A stretch of DNA of 64,000 nt from Schizosaccharomyces osmophilus (lineage: Eukaryota), in NCBI RefSeq assembly GCF_027921745.1, contig NC_079238.1:868001-932000 (forward strand), written 5' to 3'. Shown here piece after piece: positions 12,114 to 25,043 of the stretch (position 1 is its first letter; the number at the start of each line of letters is the position of its first letter). A model generated the notes under the pieces. The model searched no databases, was not told where the DNA came from, and saw nothing but the letters and a program-made list of their open reading frames with translations. The position numbers and the translations under genes were made by a program.

Positions 12114-12425
12114 ATTGCTAAGAAAAAATCTTCATATGTGTGAATAATCGAACTTGTTCTTAAGCAAAATTCATAGGAGAGTATGGATACTTTCCGGAAT
12201 CGTTGTATGCAAAACAAACCGTTTCTTTCGGGTGATTCTTTTTCTTAAATCCTCCCTTACTTTATAACTGCACACACTTCTGATACGATGTGTCCCCAAA
12301 ACGAAACCGTGTACAACCAAAATGTCTTGTTTCTGAACTGATTCACAAAAAAAAATCAAGAGCAGGTTTCCATGAATAGTAACTTCTTTAATTCCTTCTC
12401 AACAACCTTGTTATGCCTTAATTCG

Positions 12426-12435
12426 GTTTGTTTAC
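12426..12435 (-). promoter_or_regulatory. forkhead/FLEX-like site GTAAACAAAC in the atp25-mis4 divergent promoter
   Basis: Plus strand reads GTTTGTTTAC; motif match only. Confidence 0.35.
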
Positions 12436-12652
12436 GCTTTTTTCCACTGAACAGGTTTTGTTTGCACGTAAATAGAAGGGTACTGGGTATAACGAGGTTC
12501 AGAACCTTCACTCAATTTCTCAATGTATATTAGTGAATTTGTAAAAGTTGGTTTATATTAAATTAAGGAAATGAAACAGTTGTTCTTTGTTTTATTACAT
12601 TCATAGAGGCTCCATTTATTAACCATAAACAATGCTTTAGTAGCTCTATAAT

Positions 12653-15600
12653 ATGACGCCGGAAATACCTGAAGGAACCAATTCACCGTTTGATTTACTG
12701 GAGGCCTTAAAATACACACCATTAGTTTCATCTATACCTCTTAGCAACGGTAAGTGTGAAAGAAGACGCGTTTGCTGACGCGAAAATAGGTACCGAAAAT
12801 GCAGTTCCTCCAAAGTCGGTAGCAAGCAATACACCTTTGTGCTTATCTCCTGAAGAAAAAGAGTTAATGCAGCGATACCTGGATCTTTTGGAGCCTAACG
12901 CGCAAGAAGTGTCTGACGTGCAGCAGCTTCAATTTTATAAAGACGCGCTCGCTCCCATGCTGCAAGATGTTCCCATGCCTAATATTCGAATTCCTGTAGC
13001 AAAGGCAACACATGAGGAGTCATCTTTTTTTCCAAATTCTTTGTTGAATCCTTTGACAGAGTCCTTATTGCAGCCTTCTGAGGTTGAATTTGTTCCTACA
13101 GATGTAAACTCAGGTACATCTTCCTCATTCACTGATTCTACTTCTAGTACTTCTACATGTTTAAGTCCTTTTATTTCCAACAAGGATGCTCCTAAAACTG
13201 CAGAGATCCCTCGAAGTCCCTCAACAGCGCGAATTCTTAGAGCTGTCGAATTCAAAAGCCCTAGTCGAGCATTTTCACTTACATCCACCCCTAAAAAACG
13301 CCAGCTCTCAGAAAGTGGAAGCGTCGTTTCTACGCCTTCTTCCAAGGTCCAAAGGCTTCAGGATGTCATAGAGAAGCAAGTGCATGACACCCAATTGGTC
13401 TTGAATGTAATCTTACTTGGAGATTCCAAAACCTCTGACTGTTATGTATCCTTCGCCGGATCCCATGTTAGGGTAATATCTACAGAAATTATTGAGAAGA
13501 TTTCTATTTCTTTAACAAAATTGAGTTACTTGGGGGATTGCCATAAGTTGTTAAAAGAAGAAGATGCTATATCGCTCAAAATGATTATAGAATCGAGTTT
13601 GAAGAGTTTAGACTTTGTAAACAGTTCTACTGAGGATGCAGATGACGATATGATATGCTCAAAAGCTAACTATTTATTAAAAAATGTATCCCTCATTTTT
13701 CAGATACTCAATATGCTGCCTGCTTTTAAAAAACTGCAAAACGAGGAGTCCTTTTTATTTATTCTTGATACCCTTCATTCTTTACTTGATTACTTTTTCT
13801 TAAAGACTATGACGAGCGTTGATATGAGCATGATCGAAGGCTCTGAGGAATCCAATTACCGCCCATTTTTATCTCTTACGCAAAAGATTGCCAATGCCTT
13901 TACTTTATTATCCAAAATTGTACATGCTATTCCTTTGTCTGAAGCTGTCGTTATCAAAGTTGTCTTTCTGTCCATGAAAACTATCACTGTGGATTCCTCT
14001 ATTAAAGAAAAACCGTCTTTAATTCAAAACCTTCCATTGGACATTCTTAAAGTTCCTTTGTTTGACACCCTTCAGTTCATTTTCAGCTTATACCCTGCTC
14101 AGCGTGATTTTGTGCTGCAAGAAGTCCTTGCTAATTTTGCGCAGTTACCTACCGCTCGTTCAACCTCCAGGACCTTTAAACTTTCCAATGGCAAGTCTGT
14201 TCAATTATACTCCACTTTGCTGGTTCGATTACTTCAGGCATGTACTATAACGCATCTTCCAGAGGATCCAACTTTTAAAACAGAAGACCCTACAAAGGAT
14301 TTAGTCAACTCTGATTATTGCCAGTCACATTTAAATTCGGTAAGTCCTCCATTCGAAACAATAACTAATCTTAAGGTTGATGCTTTATTGTCTAAATCAA
14401 GACACGATGAGTACAGAGTCGCAAACCATATTGTCGGTTATTTGCTCGGGAGATCATTAAGGCAAACAAAATCTGATATAAATAACTCTTTTGTTACATT
14501 GACAAGAATTATGCTAGAAGATTTGCTTAATATGCTTACTGTACCCGAGTGGGTTGGAACAGAGACACTAGTTCGACAATTTGCATTGAATCTTATCATG
14601 ATGATAGTCAAAGAAAAGAACTCTGTTACCACAAAGAATACGGCCCTTGATTTTTTTAGTGTTATCGTGAATAAACTATTGACAACATTCGATATATCTC
14701 TATTTGAAAAATATGATCTGCCGGTACCTTCGAACTTTAATGACCCTAATTGCTTTTTAAGTGGAGTTCCACGTTTTGAGGAAATTACTTCATCTTGCCT
14801 CGCGTATCTTAACACTTTGTGCGGCAATGATGATTCGCTCGAGGTAAGATTTTTCACATTTTTGACTTGCTAAACCTTTAGAATATCGTTCCATATACGC
14901 TGAACCAATGGATTTCTTTTCTGTTTCAGATCAGAAAAGCATCCAATGATCCAGAATCCAACTATTTGATAGACAAAGTTCTTCTAAAAAGCTCAAATTT
15001 AAACATGGATTCCGTTATGGATTCAACTGTTTACACAAATCATGAGATTATTCACGATTATTTTGTTCTATCTTTATATCGTTCCTCTTTATACTTGAAT
15101 TTGAAGTTTTTTGTATCACTGATTATTGGATTTCTTGACAGTCCCCAAACCAGTTTACGAACGAAGAGTTTAAGGATCATCAGCCAGATGAAGTCTATCC
15201 CGGCCATACTCCATGCACATCCAGAAGTTTTGTCTCAGGTGGTTTCAAAGGTAGCCGATCCCTCAGCTTTCGTTCGAGACACTGTGTTGGATTTATTAAG
15301 TACATACATGATGGCCTTCAAAGAAACCATAAATCAATTATATGTATTTATCGCGGCTGGGGTATCCGATAGTTCTGTGAGTGTTCGGAAGCGCGCATTA
15401 AAACAACTTGCAGATATATATGAAGTTACTAACAGTATAAACATTCGATGCGATATTTGCATGAAGTTGCTATCGAGGATGAATGATGAGGAAGAGAATA
15501 TCACCGTAAGTTTGCGAAAGATGATACATGTATACTAACGCGTAAATATTAGGAATTAAGTCTTCAAACGCTCGAGTCTTTGTGGTTTAACAATGCTTAC

Positions 15601-17715
15601 TTATCTATTGATCCTCATAAAAAATATGATGATTTGAGCTTTTTGGAAAAGCAAAAAATAAAAGTTCACTATCGTTCATTATTAAAGCTATCTTCAGATC
15701 CCAGTCCTGCATTACATGTTTCCTTAGTAACGACATTGAAAAGAATGCTTACTTCGAAAGAAAATGAGTTAACCAAAGAATTTTGTTCCCGCATACGTTT
15801 TCTTCTTTCGTTTTTATTTACCTTATTAATCGAGGTAGCAACCGAGGACGAGGGGAATTCTTTTGAAGTGGAACTTTTGCATGAAACAATGAGTACTCTT
15901 TTTGTTCTTTCTCGTTCTTTTCCCTTTTTATTTGATTATTCACAACTTCAAGTTCTAAAACCGTACTTGAAATCAGCTTCAAACATTGAAGAGCAGCGAT
16001 TGTTATACTATGTAGTAGCCATATTCCGACAAGTTTTACCTCGTCAAAAGGAAATTCCGGAAGGGTTTTTGCGTAGTCTTGAGACTACAATGCTACAAAG
16101 ACTTACCAAGGCGGGATCTGCCACTCTGAAAGAAATGGTACCCTGCTTGTGTTATTTATTGAGTCATCTAAATGATGATCAAAGGCTTTATAAAATTTTA
16201 GGTTCTTGTCTCAAAACACTTGAAGAAACGAGGAAGAATGATTTCTCATCGTTAAAGGCTTTTCGTCTAATAGAACTTATTGGACTCTTTGCTAGGTTTG
16301 GAAGACTTGAAAAAATAGATGTCGATTGGACAGGAGTTTTTTCTTTCCCTAAGGACGAAAGCACCGATATTTACGTTCTATTGCTCAATTATATGGACCA
16401 TCTTCTTTCGTCGTCTAATGATGATTTGCGTATACATGTAATTGAAAACATGACAAAAATTGTCCTAGCCCAACCCACGTTGTTCACTTCGTCAAGGATG
16501 TTAAGCATGCTAGATAACATTTTTGAAGAGAACAACGTTGATTGTGTCTCAGTGATTTTTAGGTCATTCTTGGAACTATTAGCAGCTGATGAGGATTTGA
16601 TTTCAGAAGCTGATGAAAAACTGGAAAGCAAATCAAACCAGAATAAAAAGTCTAAGCGTGAACAAGTGAACGTAGACATGCTTAAAGGTTTTACGGAAAG
16701 ACAGTGGGCTGAAGGGTAAGTTAATACTGCGTTTTATGATGTTAACAACGTTAGCGTGAGCGCTTGTTTAATGCAAAAATATTTATCAAATATCTTGAAT
16801 TCTTGCTTCTCAAAGAATCTGAATTTTGCTCTACTCGCATTAGAGATATTACAACATATCATTCGCCAAGGCCTTGCGAATCCCAGATTGGTAAGTTGTA
16901 CGTTCGGGGCATGCAATATCTAACGCCATTAGTGCTTTCCCGTAATTGTCGCTTTGGAAGCCAGTGAAGTTGAAGAATTAAAACAGATTGCTATCAACTT
17001 GCACACAGAGTTGCTTCAAAAGCATGAATCACTAGTAGATGGTTTGTATGCGCAAGCAGCAACTTTGATGTTCTCTTCCAAAACTTTCCCTGAAAATTTT
17101 GTTTGTACTATCGAAGAACATTCTGTGTTCCAAGGCACATACAATGTTTTGCTATCGACCAAAAACGCGAGATCTAGAAGGAAATTTTTAATGCAAATGC
17201 TGAAACTTCTAGAATATGATAATGAAAAGCTAACTAATATGTCACACGAAAAGATCTTGTTTTTTAATTTCTGTTGTTCAGCATTGGGTGGAATCAAATA
17301 CTTGAGCCTTGACGAGCCGTTAATGATTCTTCAAGTCATTGATACCGTCTTAGCGACGATTGGACCAACCATTACTGAATGGATGAAGGGGCATTTTGAA
17401 CAGCCCTATAAATTCTTTTCAGGAATCTTACTCTGCAATTTCATTCACCTCAAGCGATACTTGAAGTTTGTTTATTCTATAACAGATGAAAAAGTACACA
17501 ACTTTGATAGCAGCAAAACGTTCCGAGACAAAAAGGTCCCACTCAGAAATAGTGGTCTTACGGCTGAGTTGTTACATCCAGACAACAAGAGAGAGGATGT
17601 TGCAGTTATGTGTATCCAAATGTTTGAAGATGAGAATATATCAACTGATCCGATCGTGAAAGACGAATTAGACGCTCCGGAGGAAGAACATTCAGGAGAA
17701 GCAGGGAATGAATGA
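12653..17715 (+). CDS. mis4: cohesin loader Mis4/Scc2/NIPBL; exons 12653-12749, 12790-14843, 14882-15505, 15553-16715, 16755-16890, 16933-17715
   Basis: N-terminal LKYTPLVSSIP motif, HEAT repeats (EDLLNMLTVPEW, LRTKSLR, DPSAFVRD, DSSVSVRKRA, QGLANP); five short GT-AG introns join the ORF-track pieces in frame. Confidence 0.95.
12766..12785. promoter_or_regulatory. paired MCB-like elements (ACGCGT, ACGCGAAA) in mis4 intron 1
   Basis: ACGCGT at 12766-12771 and ACGCGAAA at 12778-12785 within a 40-nt intron. Confidence 0.4.
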
Positions 17716-18341
17716 ATGAAGAAAGATCCATTTACTTTGGACTAGCTCAACCAATTTCACGATTTTTGATATTTATCAATATGGATTCTTATTTGTGGTT
17801 TATTTTTTATGGTATTATTTCTTCATTATACGACGAGTTTTCTTTGTCGCTTTTTTTTTCGTTTCTACACCGGTTATTATATATATTTGGGTATTGTTCG
17901 TTTTTTTATGTTTTAAGCTATAGATGCTTCACTGCGATTTCACATCATTGTTTCGCATTTCATGATTTTTAAGATTGTTGTTTCTAATGAGCTCTACGTA
18001 AACGCCATGAAGAACCGTTTTAGCTACGGCTTTAAAAATGGAATAGAGTAATTTTTCGTATCCTGTTCTTTTTTCTTCAGATGAATTTCATGTAGTAGCG
18101 TGTCATGAAAAGTTCAACACAGTACGATGAAACGTCCATCAAGTTTCGATTCACGAAAGAAAAATATAAACACTTAATTGCAAAAAAAATAAAATAAAAC
18201 TTGTTTCAAAAAAGATTCATGGATTTCACTTGAATACCTTATAGAGTGTTTTGGTGTTGTATCGCTATAAGAATATTACAAAACTATGCCTCAGAACCAC
18301 ACATCCATCACTTAACCTAAACCAAATAGAAAGACAACATA

Positions 18342-18926
18342 ATGGAAGCATTGTTAGCAATCCAAGGAAAGGATTTTATACTTACTGCATCTTCCGGATC
18401 GGCAGTACGAGGAATTACTGTTCTTAAGTCCGGAGATGATAAGAGCGAACAGTTGAATAGCCATAACTTGATGTTATACTGTGGTGAAGCCGGAGACACT
18501 TCGAACTTTGCAGAGTACATTTCAGCAAATATTAATCTGTATACTTTACGAAATAATTTAATTTTGAGTCCTGAAGCCACAGCATCTTTCACTAGAAAAC
18601 AACTCGCTACTTCTCTTCGTTCACGCAAGCCATACATGGTAAATCTTTTATTAGCTGGATACGACACTGAAAAAGAAGTCCCCCAGCTTTATTGGATTGA
18701 TTACTTGGCGACTTGCGTTCGTGTTCCTTATGCATGCCAGGGATACAGTTCTTTCTATTGTTTGTCTTTGTTTGACCGTTACTACAAGCCAGATCTTTCG
18801 CTTGATGATGCCATTCACATTATGAAGTTATGTTTTGATGAACTGCAAAAACGTATGCCTATTGACTATAAGGGATTTATCTGTAAAGTTGTTGGCAAGG
18901 ATGGTATTCGCGAAATTTCCCTTTAA
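18342..18926 (+). CDS. pre1: 20S proteasome beta-4 subunit
   Basis: MEALLAIQGKDF, GEAGDT.NFAEYI, SLRSRKPY.VNLLLAGYD, LYWIDYL motifs. Confidence 0.96.
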   Translation: MEALLAIQGKDFILTASSGSAVRGITVLKSGDDKSEQLNSHNLMLYCGEAGDTSNFAEYISANINLYTLRNNLILSPEATASFTRKQLATSLRSRKPYMVNLLLAGYDTEKEVPQLYWIDYLATCVRVPYACQGYSSFYCLSLFDRYYKPDLSLDDAIHIMKLCFDELQKRMPIDYKGFICKVVGKDGIREISL

Positions 18927-19429
18927 AATAAAAAGCCTCTACATGCTAGAATGAATTACCATTAACGACCCTCATATATGCCAAATGTATAAAGCTTTGC
19001 GTTGGATTGGTTCAGTCCTTTTTTTTCGCGTTATGTCTAGAGTTCCTAGCTGCATGTTCCGTTCTTTTACTATTCCATTTCCGACTATTTCATGCTTTGG
19101 ATAAAAGTATATATTTTGTATTCCCAATAGTGTTTTTCAATATTTGATAAATTTTAAGGTAAATGTACTTTACACTTATTTTGAAAAATCCATATGTAGA
19201 CGGTGCTTATGGAGTATGGAAAGGAGTAAATCATCAGCTACTGGAATGAAATCTACATGGTTGTGCCCAATCGAGGAGTTTGTTTGCAAAATCATATTAT
19301 AAATTGACTGTACTGAAGTTGGGGGATGTTGAAATGAAAGGTGGAAGAAATTAGAGCATGATAACAAATATTGAAACAAGACGCTCCCATGCTGTAGAAA
19401 GTCAAGACCAAAAAGTAGCTTGGTGAGAC

Positions 19430-20122
19430 CTAATTCTCTCTTCGTTCAAGAGTGTGGGCAACATCTCCTCTGGCCATGTCCAAGAGCTGCTTGAGTTGCT
19501 GAGCAGGATGTGAAAGTAAGGAAAGGAGACTTGTTTGTAAACCTTTATGAGAGGGGATTTTGGATATGGAGTCGACTTGGAAGTAATCAAATCCTTCAGA
19601 TTCCAGTCGACCACCAAGTAAAACCATTTTATTTTGATACCTTTTCAATGCGGAAAGGCACCCGCGAATGTTTTCGGGAGCTACACTTGGTCCCAGAGCA
19701 AAAACTGCGAGCGGTCCTGCAAACAAGTCGTCAATGTCAAGCTTAACTCGTTTTGCATTCTTATGAGATGCTACAGTATTCGCCGCAGCAAGATCAACAC
19801 TGCCGTTAGTGCCTTTTGGCATGCTTTCGTATACATGCAAGGCATGTCGGAAAATAGAGTTGGATATAACTTTCAAGTTGGCATCAGGTGCATGCTTCTT
19901 TAATTCATTACGAAGATTCCGAGACTCAGAAGGAAGAAGATTGTTGTGTTGTAAGAGCAAAAAGTTCGGAGATTGCTGTAGCAATGCCACGTACTGGGAA
20001 TGTAAAACTGATTTACGCAATTCTGGAGATCTAAAAGAGTTCAGTGCAGCACCTATATAATTTGTTAGCAATGGCTATTCATTTTGTGAATTTTCCATAC
20101 GTGCTACCATAGAACACTTCAT
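19430..20122 (-). CDS. mrp11: mitochondrial ribosomal protein uL10m; exons 20122-20101, 20052-19430
   Basis: L10-like QHNNL...LRNEL..LKVISNSIF, LFAGPLAV, LLGGRLE, SKIPS...L; intron 20100-20053 (GTATGG..CTAAC..TAG) gives the start MKCSMVAR. Confidence 0.85.
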
Positions 20123-20914
20123 TCTTTATGAATGGGCTTAAAGAAGATAAGGGCGGTATTAGATTAGTTTATTATGTTAATATACCATCAAAAAGGTCTG
20201 TTTTTGAGTGCGACTAATCGAGTTTTCTTTTGAAAGCACTGACTCTTTAGATATGGTGAAAATAGGTATAGAGAGAAGTCAAGGCAGAAGAGAAAGCTCT
20301 GCTAAGTCACTATATCTGCCAGGAAATAGTAGAATTGTTAAAAAAAAAAAAAGGAAGTAAATAGAATGTAGAAACCAAAGAAAAAATGTCAATTCGAGAT
20401 GTTAGGTAAAGGAATTGAAACTGAGTCATAAATGAAAAGTACAAGGATAATAACAAGTTACTGAGTAAGTAACTTGTACTAAATTTGTTCAATATACAGT
20501 AATTACAATAGGAATCTTTTTATTCGGCAGAGCATTTCGGATTGACTCTAGTTTCTACATACTGCTGAATTACAGACAGATACATATAGTTCACTTTGGT
20601 TACAAAGAATTTAAAATAGAAGAATAGAAGAAAAGCTATTCTTTTTTTTTTGAGGACAAAAGGTGCTTTTTGAAATTCATTGAATCAAACCATATTCTAA
20701 GAAGCTTCGATCAACTCGTATCATTGACAAGAAAACTAATTTCCGCTATTTACCAAAAAATCACAACGGAAAGTAATCTATACAATAAGCATCCTCCATG
20801 TGTTATTCCTCGATGCAAAGAATGGGCTTTCATCGGCACTGTCTGTAATGTATGCTCAGGATATCTAAGTTCCATTCTATCCCGGATCCCCAATCAAATA
20901 CCAGTAAAGATGTA

Positions 20915-21541
20915 TTAAATTTCTGTTTCGGAAAGAAGCATGTTTGGTATTCCTTCAAAAACAGGATATGTATGACCACAATTTCCACAGGTCATTTTAG
21001 CCTCTGTAATTTCAGTCTTCTTGTGTTAGCCGTATTTATAAGAGGAAACTAGTATCATTCTTACCTCTAATAAAACATTATGAAGTGATTTTAAAAGAAC
21101 TTCGTCTGATTCTTCCGTCAATTCTGGCTTCTCTTCAGGAAGACTATTATTTCCCAACTATGAAAACCGTTAGCCATTGAGAAACTAATTTCAAGAAAAT
21201 GGAAAAAGAAAACAGAAACAAATTTTGAAGGAAATCAGAAATCCAGGTGGTAACGGCAAAGCATTCAAACAAGTAAAGTTGTCTGTTTTCCTTCCAATCA
21301 TCCTACCTGTCTTGTACTAATCAACAGAGCATCCCAATCGATTCTAGAAACAATATTGCGCAAAAATTCAGGTTTAAGCTCCATTTGTTGGATAGCCAAC
21401 TTGGCATCTTCAATCTTTAAAGGAAATGCTTCAGCAGTACTACTGCAACCCTTGTTTGAGCAGGTAAGGAAATTTACTAAACATTTTGTTAGGAAAAGAA
21501 GCCTCTTATGACCATTCTGCCCTACCAGTCAACAATTTCAT
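20915..21541 (-). CDS. trm112: methyltransferase adaptor Trm112; exons 21541-21526, 21476-21307, 21157-21065, 21016-20915
   Basis: Not in the ORF track; manual splicing gives MKLLTVNFLTCSNKGC..AFPLKI..PEFLRNIVSRIDWDAL..LHNVLLETEITEAKMTCGNCGHTYPVFEGIPNMLL. Confidence 0.95.
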
Positions 21542-22091
21542 CCTAAAAGAAGTGTGTAATGTGGTATTCTAAAAAAACGAGGAAAAAGCAATTCTTTTCT
21601 AAAAAAGTTCCAAAAGTTAAACCTTTTTCCTTTTAATCCTTTATAAATAATATTTAAGAGTTAAAAGGTACAAATATACAGGATTGAGAAATTTGGAGAA
21701 ATGTCAGGTTAGTGAAACTAGTTGCGAAATGCATTTGTATTCGAATCGAATACAAAGTTCAACAAGATTTTCTGCTTTTTTTTCGTTTTTATATTTTCGA
21801 CAAGTAAAAATAAAATATTACAAAATCTGGAATAAAAATATGAAACTTATTAAGGAAGGGTATTACTACTTTCGAAAGGAAATCATATCTTGGTGTACAG
21901 CTTTAAAACAGAGAACTTTGAATTCTTATGACCATAAAAAGTTATCGAGTAAGAGTTTGAGTCAACAAATTACGAACGATTTGCACTACAGCTGACAAGA
22001 TGTTACGCAGCCCTAAAGGCTTACAATAATGAATCAAGATGCCCATCCTCATATATTTTCAAAATACAAAATACTAAATAAAAAAGATAAA

Positions 22092-23462
22092 CTACTCAGA
22101 TGCAGAAACACCAGCATGTTCTCTACCACCCTTTTTGCTAGTAGCCAAGGTATAGTTTGAAAGAGGCTGGTCCATGACTTGCAACATGTATTGCAAGCTA
22201 GAACTCCATTTGGCAAGTTTTTCGTGTAGAGAAATCCACTCATGCTTTCCGAAAACACGATAAGAGCTTCTGTGTATTATGAAAGTCTGATTAAGTTGTG
22301 ACATGCGGCCTTCGACGAGACCAGCGCGAATGACATCGATAATCCAGAGTTCAACTTCACTTTCATCGGTTTGGAGTACCTTAGCAATATCCTTGTAAGA
22401 TAAGACATTGTTAGGAGCTTGGGTAGCAAGGGAAGCAATAGTCAAAAGCTTCATTTTACGAGCAATGGCCTCTTGGTCAAACTTTTCTTGTTGGCAGAAA
22501 GAACGGTTGGTATCAACCCAAGAGAGAAAGTCTTCAACCATACCACCAGACAAAATGCCGAGCAATTGCAAAGTAGCTTGTTCAAGTTGTTGGATAGCAG
22601 GTAGGGTGACAATATCGTCGTAAAAGAAATATTTGGGGCTGTTAACAGCACGGTGTACCAATTCACGAACTGCTTCGTCGGTGTTAGAAGGAGCCATTTT
22701 GACAGCCTCTAAAAGGAAAGCAAAGGATTGCTCTTCATCATAAGATTGAATGGCTTTTGAAACAAAGATGTTGAAGGCGCGCTGATCGGAGACAGGCACG
22801 CTGGCTTGGTGGAGCCATTCAGGGAAATAAACAAAGTAGGGGGAAAGTGATTGGTAAAGGTTGTATCTTGTAGTGATAGTTACAACACTATTTAAGATGT
22901 GTAAACGGGCATGTTGACGATCTTTGACAGAGGCATTAAACAAAGTGCTAAGGACGCTAAGGGCAAGAGGAGCAGAGGAGGTTGTTTGTTCAACAATAGA
23001 CTCCAAGACTTGGCAGAACTTGACGACCTGTTCTTCATATGCAGTAGACTCTTGTAAAAGACTGATGAAAACATTCATCATAGGCTCGAATTCTAGGCTC
23101 GTAAGTATTTGCGCTTGAAAAAGTTATAGATGGCAAGTAAAAGGAGATTTAAATCGTTTTACACCAATTGTAAACTATTTAAAGACACTTACCCTTTTCA
23201 GAAATTTGAGAGAGCAAAGATAACCGGCTTAAAAGAAAGCTCACAGCTTCAGTGACATTTTCGGAAGCTAAAAATTCCTTGCATTTGGCAAAGACATTTT
23301 TTTCTTGATTGGCTTCTACTTGGTCTAAGAAAACAGCCAATTCTTCCACCTAAACCTCCAAGTTAGTTAATTTTTTCCAAAAAAAAAGCTACCGCTCTCA
23401 AATCTTCGTACCTGTTCTTCTACAGATGAGTCTACAACCAAAACAAAATCAGAGGCTTCCAT
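22092..23462 (-). CDS. tif313: translation initiation factor eIF3m (PCI domain); exons 23462-23412, 23349-23193, 23092-22092
   Basis: PCI domain RKMKLLTIASLA...VELWIIDVIRAGLVEGRMSQ...RVFGKHEW; two upstream exons splice in frame (MEASDFVLVVDSSVEEQ|VEELAVFL). Confidence 0.92.
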
Positions 23463-23667
23463 CTCTGCACGAAAAGATTAATTTGCAAAGAAAATGGCAA
23501 AAGTTCGTGGTTGGTGGTAGTTGGTAGGAACGCCCTCGCCCAACTAGTGTAGCAGTAGTGCGACCCTACCCAGGTGTTGGTGGTGAAGATGGAAAAGAAA
23601 ACATGTTACCCAGGGAAGAGTGCCAAAAAAACGAAGATAACTTCAAAGTAGATGACCTGCCAACAAC

Positions 23668-24060
23668 ATGCTTGCAAGCAGAATCCTCAGAGCACGGTCC
23701 ATTTGGAAGGGTAAGACATAGAAACGCGCAGGATAGGATGATAGAGAAACTAATTCACGATAGGGCCAAATGTCGTCGATTTCGGCGTGAATATAGGAGA
23801 ATCTGTAAAATCCCAGACTCCCGTTAAGACCATGGTGCGTTCTGCAACGATTTTGCCAAGAATGGTTGGGTAAGAAAGAAGAAAAAAGGTTATTGAAGAA
23901 GAAAAAACTAATTACGTTTGTTTTTAGAGCTCAATTTCTCGTGCACAACGGCAAGAACTATGCCTCTGTCAAAGTAACCGAAGACATGATTGGGCATAAA
24001 CTGGGAGAGTTTTCGCCTACAAGAAAGACTTTTCATTACCGTCAAACCAAAAATCGGTAA
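23668..24060 (+). CDS. rsm19: mitochondrial ribosomal protein uS19m; exons 23668-23710, 23764-23869, 23928-24060
   Basis: RSIWKGPN...[41 protein letters not shown]19 signature after splicing. Confidence 0.95.
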
Positions 24061-24436
24061 TTTTGCAGCATTTACGAGCTTTCGGTGGTTAAACTACAAT
24101 ACCGATTGATTGCAAGTGAATGAAAGGACTAGAAATGAAAGGCATAGTATAGCATACATGTTGGGTGAATGTGAAAGGAAGAATACAAAAGAAAAGCAAA
24201 GAGGACTACTTGTATGAGGATGCAAAACAATCCAAGCATTCGGTTGATAGACACCTAACCTAAATGCAACTATGAAGCAATGAAATCCAGAATCCAAAAC
24301 AAATCCAGCGGTAAGAAGGGATACCAAACAGACGGCAAAGAGTAGAGTGGGTAGAAAGGAAAGAAAGACAATAAGAACTTAAGGGTCTTTGAAAAGACAG
24401 TAGAGGAAAGGGAACGGAAAGAAGAGAAGAAATCAA

Positions 24437-25043
24437 TTACTTTGCATTCTTTTTATCCTTTTTTGTGTCCTTCTTTTTCGTTTCTTTTTTCAAAGGAGCC
24501 GATTCTGTAGAGGCTATAGAAGAGCCCATGGCGGCTTCGCGTTCATGCTAAAATAGTTGTAAGTTAGTAAAGCAAGAAAAGAAACCAAGGAACGATTGGA
24601 AGTGGACGTACAGCTACTTGTAGTTTGGACTTGATTCGATCGTCCAATTCATAAGCGACCTTGTTTAGTATATGATGCAAATCATCCTGTTGAAGCGTTA
24701 GAAAAGAAAAGGCGAAGGAAACATACGGAAGATTCGGCAAATTTTTTTCCTTTCTTTTTCCCTTTTTTCTGAACTTTTGTTTGGGGATTGCTAGAGGTAT
24801 TCAACTGAGGAATGTCTAGGTCTTGGAGAGGGATGGAAGGCTAAAACGAGAAGCAAATGTTAGATGTTGAGAAATTTTCAAAAAACGAAGAAAGGAAAAA
24901 GAGAACAGAAGGAATGATTGTATGAGGGCTAGAGAAAGAACACGGGAAAAAAGACGAGAGGCAACCATTCACAAAATTCATTCTTGAAAACCATTTTCCA
25001 AACATACCTGTTTTTTCTTGTTTTTAGCTGCAGCGGCGACCAT
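24437..25043 (-). CDS. loc1: ribosome biogenesis protein Loc1-like; exons 25043-25008, 24840-24727, 24686-24612, 24547-24437
   Basis: Not in the ORF track; four phase-0 exons give MVAAAAKNKKKQ PSIPLQDLDIPQLN..KKGKKKGKKFAES DDLHHILNKV..DRIKSKL, with a Lys-rich tail; lies between rsm19 and gti1 as recalled for S. pombe. Confidence 0.85.

Noticed and set aside
21230..21303. Possible C/D snoRNA in trm112 intron 2 (ATGATT...CTGA)
   Set aside because: Imperfect C box only 5 nt from the donor, and no recognisable rRNA guide.
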